A DNA stretch of 64,000 nucleotides from positions 163,990,001-164,054,000 of the forward strand of contig OZ024743.1 of the NCBI GenBank assembly GCA_964016885.1, written 5' to 3'. The notes under the pieces are model-generated. The model did not search any database and was not told where the DNA came from. It saw only the letters and a list, made by a program, of their open reading frames with translations. Shown one piece after another: positions 57,653-64,000 of the stretch; the stretch's first letter is position 1; every line of letters starts with the position of its first letter. The translations under genes and the position numbers were made by a program. This stretch comes from Eledone cirrhosa. Lineage: Eukaryota.

Positions 57653-60195
57653 TAGCCGCAATGACAGGACGGAGACATCGTTATGCTAGCAGTGGACTTC
57701 AATGGTCATGCTGGACAGTTCAAGGATGGTTACACTGGGGTACATGGTGGGCACTGTTACGGCTCAAGAAATGAAGAAGGGGTTAGACTTCTTGAATTTT
57801 ATGATGCAAGTGCACTAACCATTTGCAACACTAACTTCCAGAAACCTGCCAACCACCTAATAACCTACAAATTAGGCAACCACATAAGCCAGATTGACTT
57901 CTTGCTATTTAGGCAACGTGACAGACAGATGGCGTCAAATACCAAGGCATACCCCGGGGAAGAATGTACCCCACAGCATAGGTTAGTTGTTAGTGATATC
58001 GCAGTAAGCAAGAGATGGAATGAGACATACAGGAAGGTGTGGAGAAGAAAGGTCTGGAAGTTAAAAGACCTTTCACTAAAATACAAAATTAGGAAAGCCC
58101 TTCAAGATGTGTATGACGAAAAAGAAGACGATTTAGAGTTGTATGACATAGATGATAATTGGAATTTCTTACATGACAATTTACTGCAGGCTACTGAAGA
58201 AACTTGTGGCTAGAGCAGAGCTCCAACCAGACAGAGAATGACCTGGTGGTGGAACAGCACGGTAGATTAGAGACAAAACACTAGCATGTAATGCTTGGGA
58301 AAATGGTGGGAGTAGAGAATATACAGTAGGGATATACAGTCGCTAAGAGAGAAGCTAGATGTCAGGTGTTCTGAGCACGCATGGAGTCTGAGAGTAGGAG
58401 GTTTGCCAATGTTCTGCGATGGTAAGATCAGAGACGTGCGGTGTCCCGCATTGCAAGGCAGTGTGTCAGTGCAAATCAGGATGCTGTTGGAGATAAATGT
58501 GTCCAGAATGATCAGAAAAAGGTCTGGAAATGTCATTATGAGAGACTGATGAACCGACAGAGGGGCCAGCTATTGAGATTGACGAATATAGGGTCCAAGA
58601 GGCGATTAAGGAAATGAAAAATGCTAAGGCCGCTGGACCGTCGGGGATAGTTGCTGAGATGCTGAAGGCGTCAGGGGACGTAGGTACTAAACTGGTTGCA
58701 CGCATAATCAATCAGGCTATATATGGCAGTGTCATACCCAAAGACTGGTGCAGCAGTATTCTCATAAATTGCTACAAAGGTAAAGGGGATGCTCTGGATA
58801 GGAGCAATTATAGGGGCATAAAACTGATTAATCAGGTCATGAAAGTGGCAGAAAGGATATTAGTGCAACTAATTAGAGAAAGGTCAAACTAGATGAGATA
58901 CAGTTTGGTTTTGTGCCTGCGAAAAGTACAACAGATGCCCTCTTCTTAATGAGACAATTACAAGAGAGGTTCTTAGAGAAGAATAAGCCACTATACTTAG
59001 CTTTTGTTGACCTAGAGAAGGCCTTTGATCTGTCATCTGGTGGTCCCTAAGGAAGCTGGGTGTTGAGGAATGGCTTGTGAGGAGAGTGCAAGCTTTGTAC
59101 AGAGGTGAGGGTAGGAATGGAGTTTAGTGAGGAATTACAGATACAAGTAGGAGTACATCAGGGTTCGGTCCTCAGCCTGCTCGTCATTATAGTCCTCCAA
59201 GCCATAACAGAGGAGTTTAAGACCGGCTGTCTATGGGAACTTCTCTATGCTGATGATCTGGTTCTTATAGCAGAATCAGTAGAGAAGCTAGAGAATAAAT
59301 TCTGGCTATGGAAACAACAGTTGGAATCAAGAGGACTGAGAGTGAACCTAGCTAAGACAAAAGTGTTGATGAGTAGAAAAGAGGACACAACTCTGATTCC
59401 GTCAGGGAAATGGTCATGTTTGATATGCAGAAAAGGAACTGGCATAAATTCTATAAAATGTACACAATGCAGATCTTGGGTACACAAGAGATATAGTGGG
59501 ATAGCAGGCAAACTAACAGGTAGGCAGAAATACGTATGCAGTAGATGTACAGGCAAATTTGACAGTAGAAGTCGCATTGATAGACACATTTTTCAAATGC
59601 AGGTGGGTGCTATAGAAGTTGTTGATAGCTTCCGGTACCTAGGTGATCAGATTAGCATGCGAGAGGGGTGTTCCGAGGCCATAGTGTCTAGAATAAGGAC
59701 GGGTTGGAAGAAGTTTAGGGAGCTGCTTCCTCTGCTGATGAAGAAGGGTTTCTCCCTGCGTACGAAAGGCCGGTTATATGATTCCTGTGTGAGGTGCGCG
59801 ATGCTGCATGGTAGTGAGACATGGGCAGCAACTGCAGAGGATATGCAACGGCTGGAGAGAAATGAGGCAAGCATGCTCTGTTGGATGTTCAATGTCAACG
59901 TGCGTGAATGGCCGAGCATGGATGTGTTGAGAGAGAAACTGTGTCTGAGAGGGATAAATTGTGCGAGAGAGGACACTGCAATGGTATGGACATGTGATGT
60001 GCATGGAGGATGACTGATGGGTGAAGAAGTGCCAAGAAATGCCAGTTGAAGGAAGACGTAGTAGAGGAAGACCACGAAAAACATGGGTGGAGGTGGTGAG
60101 AGCAGACCTCAGATCGCTGAAGCTCACGGTGGAGATGACGAAGGACCGTAACCCTTGCAAGCAGGGAAAAGCAGACATAAAATGATGATGATGAT
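57653..60195 (+). mobile_element. RTE LINE from mid-APE to the 3' tail, decayed
   Basis: VDFNGHAG..SQIDF..QHRLVV; NYRGIKL; VDLEKAFD; GVHQGSVL; LLYADDL; PHD-like finger; (TGA)n tail. Confidence 0.95.
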
Positions 60196-60576
60196 ATTTA
60201 TACAATATAAACTATTCTTTCTCTGACTGTATTCCTCCTTTGAGAACCAAGTACCTCCCATTTGAGAAACACTATATTAGTTGGGGTTTTTTTCCAAAAA
60301 AGAATCCACTTCACTTTTGTGAAGTAGTACAAATTCTGTCAATTGTAAATAATACTCTTTAAAAAAATGTTTACCTCTCTAATTTTCCTCTTCCTTTCTC
60401 TCCTTTTATCAGGAGTTGTGACTGGCAGATAGCATCAGCAATAGAAAGACCTAGGGAAATAGTTTCCTCAATCTAATTTCATGATCAGCTCTTTTCCTTT
60501 CTTTGATGGAAAGAGCCTACCTAATTTAGTGTTTCAATTGTTATTGTCCTTTAGATTCATTATAATTTGTGGACAC

Positions 60577-60890
60577 AGCATGGCCAGATGGTTAAGAAGT
60601 TTGCTTCACAACCATTATGTCCTGGTTTGATCCCTCTGCATACCATCTTGGGCAAGTGTTGTTTATCATAACTGCAGGTCAACACATGCCTTGTGAGTAA
60701 AACTGGGCAAATGGAAATTGCTTGGAAGCCCATGGATTGTACCTTTCATTCAAAGGGCCAACCTTGACTCACACTGTGTAATGTTGTGTCTCTCTGAAAA
60801 TTACATGTCTATGAAATATTTAGAATCTTTGCATGCTAATTTAGTGAATATGTTGTTCAACAACTGTAACACACATTGTTAAAACCGATG
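60577..60890 (+). mobile_element. Old tRNA-derived SINE
   Basis: tggccagatggttaag..ggtttgatccc..cttgggcaagtgt; diverged. Confidence 0.6.
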
Positions 60891-61059
60891 GAGATCTATT
60901 CCGTTTTTAATTTAGATCCAAGGTGCATCCATTGTTATAAGAAGTGCTCCATAAATTACTCTCACTGACAGTATTGTCACTTCTGTTTAGTGCGACTAGA
61001 AACATTTTCATTAAACCAAATATTATTTACTTACGTGTACATGTGTATGAAGAAGCAAC

Positions 61060-61879
61060 CTAATCTTTTTGATACTAATCTACCCTGAAATTCCCCTGGT
61101 TATATGATGAAAATCCATTTCTTTTAAAGTGTTTATGTATCAACTTAAATCCTCCTTTATATGAAAACCTGTTATGTTCCAAGCACCAATTTAATAATAT
61201 GAAAATCATATTATTAAATTCTAAATTATTTTCAATATTAATTGCAAACCCTAGGCAGTATCTTTTATTAGAAATATGGTAACAAAGTGGTTAAACTTAA
61301 CATTATTATTTACATGTGTAAGCAATTTAACACTGTTTTTGTTTAGTGTTTTGACGAGTTTGTTTGCATAAATGAAAATTGAGTTTATCAGTATTTGGAC
61401 TTATTTCATTATATTGAGAGTAGAATGACTGCATTTCTTGTTTTATGTAATCTAGTTTACAGCCTCTCATTTCTAAGTTCAAATTTCATCAGGACCTGTG
61501 CTGTTTTACTTTTCAAAGTTACAAAAGATCACTGTATGAAAATGAAAAATGATGGTGTTAGGGCCATGTTTAACTCATGAAACCGCATTAGCAAAGCATT
61601 CTTAAAAAGTACAAAACAGCTCTATAACTGCATCAGATTAACTCTTCCGATACCAAACTGCCTCTGGTTCTACAATACAAGGCTGTTTATTCTAAAGTAT
61701 GTATATTTATCTAAAATCCTATCACAATTTTATATAAGAACCTTTGTTAAGCTGTTCCAAACACCAACTTAATAGTGAAAAAGTTATATTATTAAATCCC
61801 TGAAAATTTGATTATTTTCAGAATTATTTGAAAATCATAGATATTGTCTTCATTAGAAATATGGTAAGGAAAGGTTTAG
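61060..61879. mobile_element. Two diverged MITE-like copies (about 61060-61294 and 61638-61879)
   Basis: Shared ends ..gatac.aa and attagaaatatggtaa..ggtt(a/t)a. Confidence 0.45.
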
Positions 61880-63249
61880 TCTAGTACAACAAATTTTCAC
61901 AGCCATCTGTCCACTAGTGAAAATGCTATAAACATTTGAATTAACAAATGCATTTTTAGATATTTTCTTCTAAATCATTGAGAGTTAAATGCCAATGGCT
62001 ATTTTGAGCTTGCAGTTGTTTAGTCCCAGATCAACTCTGCCTTAGCAGACATTGGATCAAAGGCATTCAATCTTTATATTGGTTCCAATACTACCACTTT
62101 ACAAAGTGTACTGAATGCAATTGTATCATGGCACCTGCACTACTGCTTTACAGAGTGTACTGCATGGAATTTATACTGGTTCCAGTACTGCCACTTTACA
62201 GAGTGTACTGAGTTCATTTTATCATGACACCAATGCTATCATTTTATAGGGTTTACAAAAATAATAATTAAAGAAAAATTTCTTCTCCTTTTCACCTATG
62301 AACTCTAACTGGAACTAAATAATGCCCGAAGTTGAATTAACAGATGGTAAAAATATCTCCAAAGCACCAGTTTTTGTTAGGAAAACAGTACTGTATATTT
62401 TTTATGTTTGGGTGGGTGGATTGGTTTTTGCTGAAGTAATTTGTTTTTACAGATGGATGCCTTCTCAGCTGTTAACTGCTCAACTGTGAAGAGGGTGGGG
62501 GTGAAACTGTCTTATCTCTGAAGTAAGCTTTGTTTGGTGCTTTGTTGAAGAGCACAGTAAACTCATCATCATACATCTGTTATCTATGCTGGGGCAACAT
62601 GGGTTCTTGAGCAAAACACTTAATTTCACATTGCTTTTCATTATAGGGCTGAGTCTCTTACCATTAAAACACTTGAGAAACCTGAGATGTAACTTTGTAA
62701 GAATCCAGCAACGGTGTGTTCTGTAACAACACACACGCACGCACGCGATAGGATTAGGGCCAATAATTAAAACACATGAGAAACCAATGAGATGCAGTCA
62801 GCTAAACTGGCATATGTGTGAGCTGTGAATTTCTTGTCTTTCTGGCATGGGTTGGACAGGTCATCATGGTCTATGCTTAAACGATCAAAGTACCACATCT
62901 TGTTTATAAATAAGTTCCATATTTTGGCATTTTTATGACTGGATATGACAAGCTTCATACTCATCGTGGAATCCTTTTTGAGGTTGTGTTTTATGGCTGG
63001 AAGCTCTTCCTGATGCCAATTCTTTTAGTTGTCCCTTGTCCCTTATAGTCTACCTACTCTCACCCAGATACAATATATTATGATATAACACGGGTGAAAG
63101 AACAGAAATTTGTTTTCTGAACTTTGTTTTATTTGTGGCCCACTTTAGAAGAAATAAAAAAAATTAGCGAACTGAGTTCATAAAGTTAAAAATGAGTAGT
63201 TATATATTTTAACCTATATAAAATTTATTAAGTAATTTCCTTATTTGTG

Positions 63250-63600
63250 AAGGCATGTAGCTTAGTAGTTAGAGCGTTGAGCTCACAATTGTAAGGTTGT
63301 GAGTTTGAATTCCGGACTGGGCAGTGCATTGTGTTCTTGAGCAAAACACTTTATCTCATGTTGCTTCAATTCACTCAGTTGTAGAAATGAGTTGTAATGT
63401 AACTGGTGCCAAGCTGTATCAGTCATTGCCTTTCCCTTGGGACAACATCAGTGGCATGGAAAGGGGAGACTGGCATGCATGGACAACTGTTAGTCTTCCA
63501 CAAACACACCTTTCCCAGGCTTGTGCCTCAGAGGGAAACTTTCTAGGTTCAAAACCACGGTCATTCATGATTGAAGGGAGCCTACGAATTTCATGCAACA
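63250..63600 (+). mobile_element. tRNA-derived SINE
   Basis: Head colinear with 31911-32030. Confidence 0.8.
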
Positions 63601-64000
63601 ATAAAATACCCCCAGTACACATTGTAAAGTGGTTGGCATTAGAAAGGGCACCCAGCCATAGAAAACCTGCCAAAAATGAAATGTATGAATAATAGGGAGT
63701 CACCTGACTTATCTAATCTCAGAATATGCCAACCACTTCGACAATTGAAAATAGGCATAAAATGGTGATGAGGAATTTTACGATTTTCATGGCATACTTA
63801 GTTACATCTTGTGACACTCCAATGTGCTACAGCATACTGTTTGATAATCTCTCCAACATCTTCATATCTACCTCTTATTTAGTGAAAAGGAACATTCATT
63901 AATAATACTTTCTATTTTTATGGAGGACAACTTCAATTTATAGAGGAGGAAGAGCGAGAGAGGAAATATCAAGTTCTGTTATTCATACCTGAGTTTAGAG

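Noticed and set aside
62085-62250. Four diverged ~45-bp repeats
   Set aside because: Similar to the SINE/RTE-tail segment cagtacac..tgtaaagtgg (compare 63610-63640); ordinary local slippage.

Overview
AT-rich, repeat-saturated animal genomic DNA with one 200-N scaffold gap. The repeat repertoire resembles an octopod cephalopod (inference). No intact host protein-coding gene is visible, and most long ORFs in the track are translations of (TA)n tracts or of a 39-bp satellite. The window is a mosaic of decayed Penelope-like elements (PLEs, RT plus GIY-YIG), RTE-clade LINEs with an internal PHD-like finger, their partner tRNA-derived SINEs, a CRE-like fragment, pogo, maT (DD37D), piggyBac and Helitron remnants, a 5.9-kb TA satellite and a 5.5-kb 39-bp satellite. 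The main signal that the ORF track misses is RNA structure: about 19 type I hammerhead ribozyme (HHR) motifs from roughly 8-9 sequence families. All were read by eye as stem I-CUGAnGA-stem II-GAAA-short stem III-NUH-stem I'. They show compensatory base pairing, several have very long stem II, and several sit in non-coding fold-back units with a ribozyme on each strand. Five SINE copies are stacked inside stem I of one ribozyme. PLE-associated minimal HHRs are an established class; the density, the variants and the fold-back architecture are what deserve follow-up. All folds are manual and untested.
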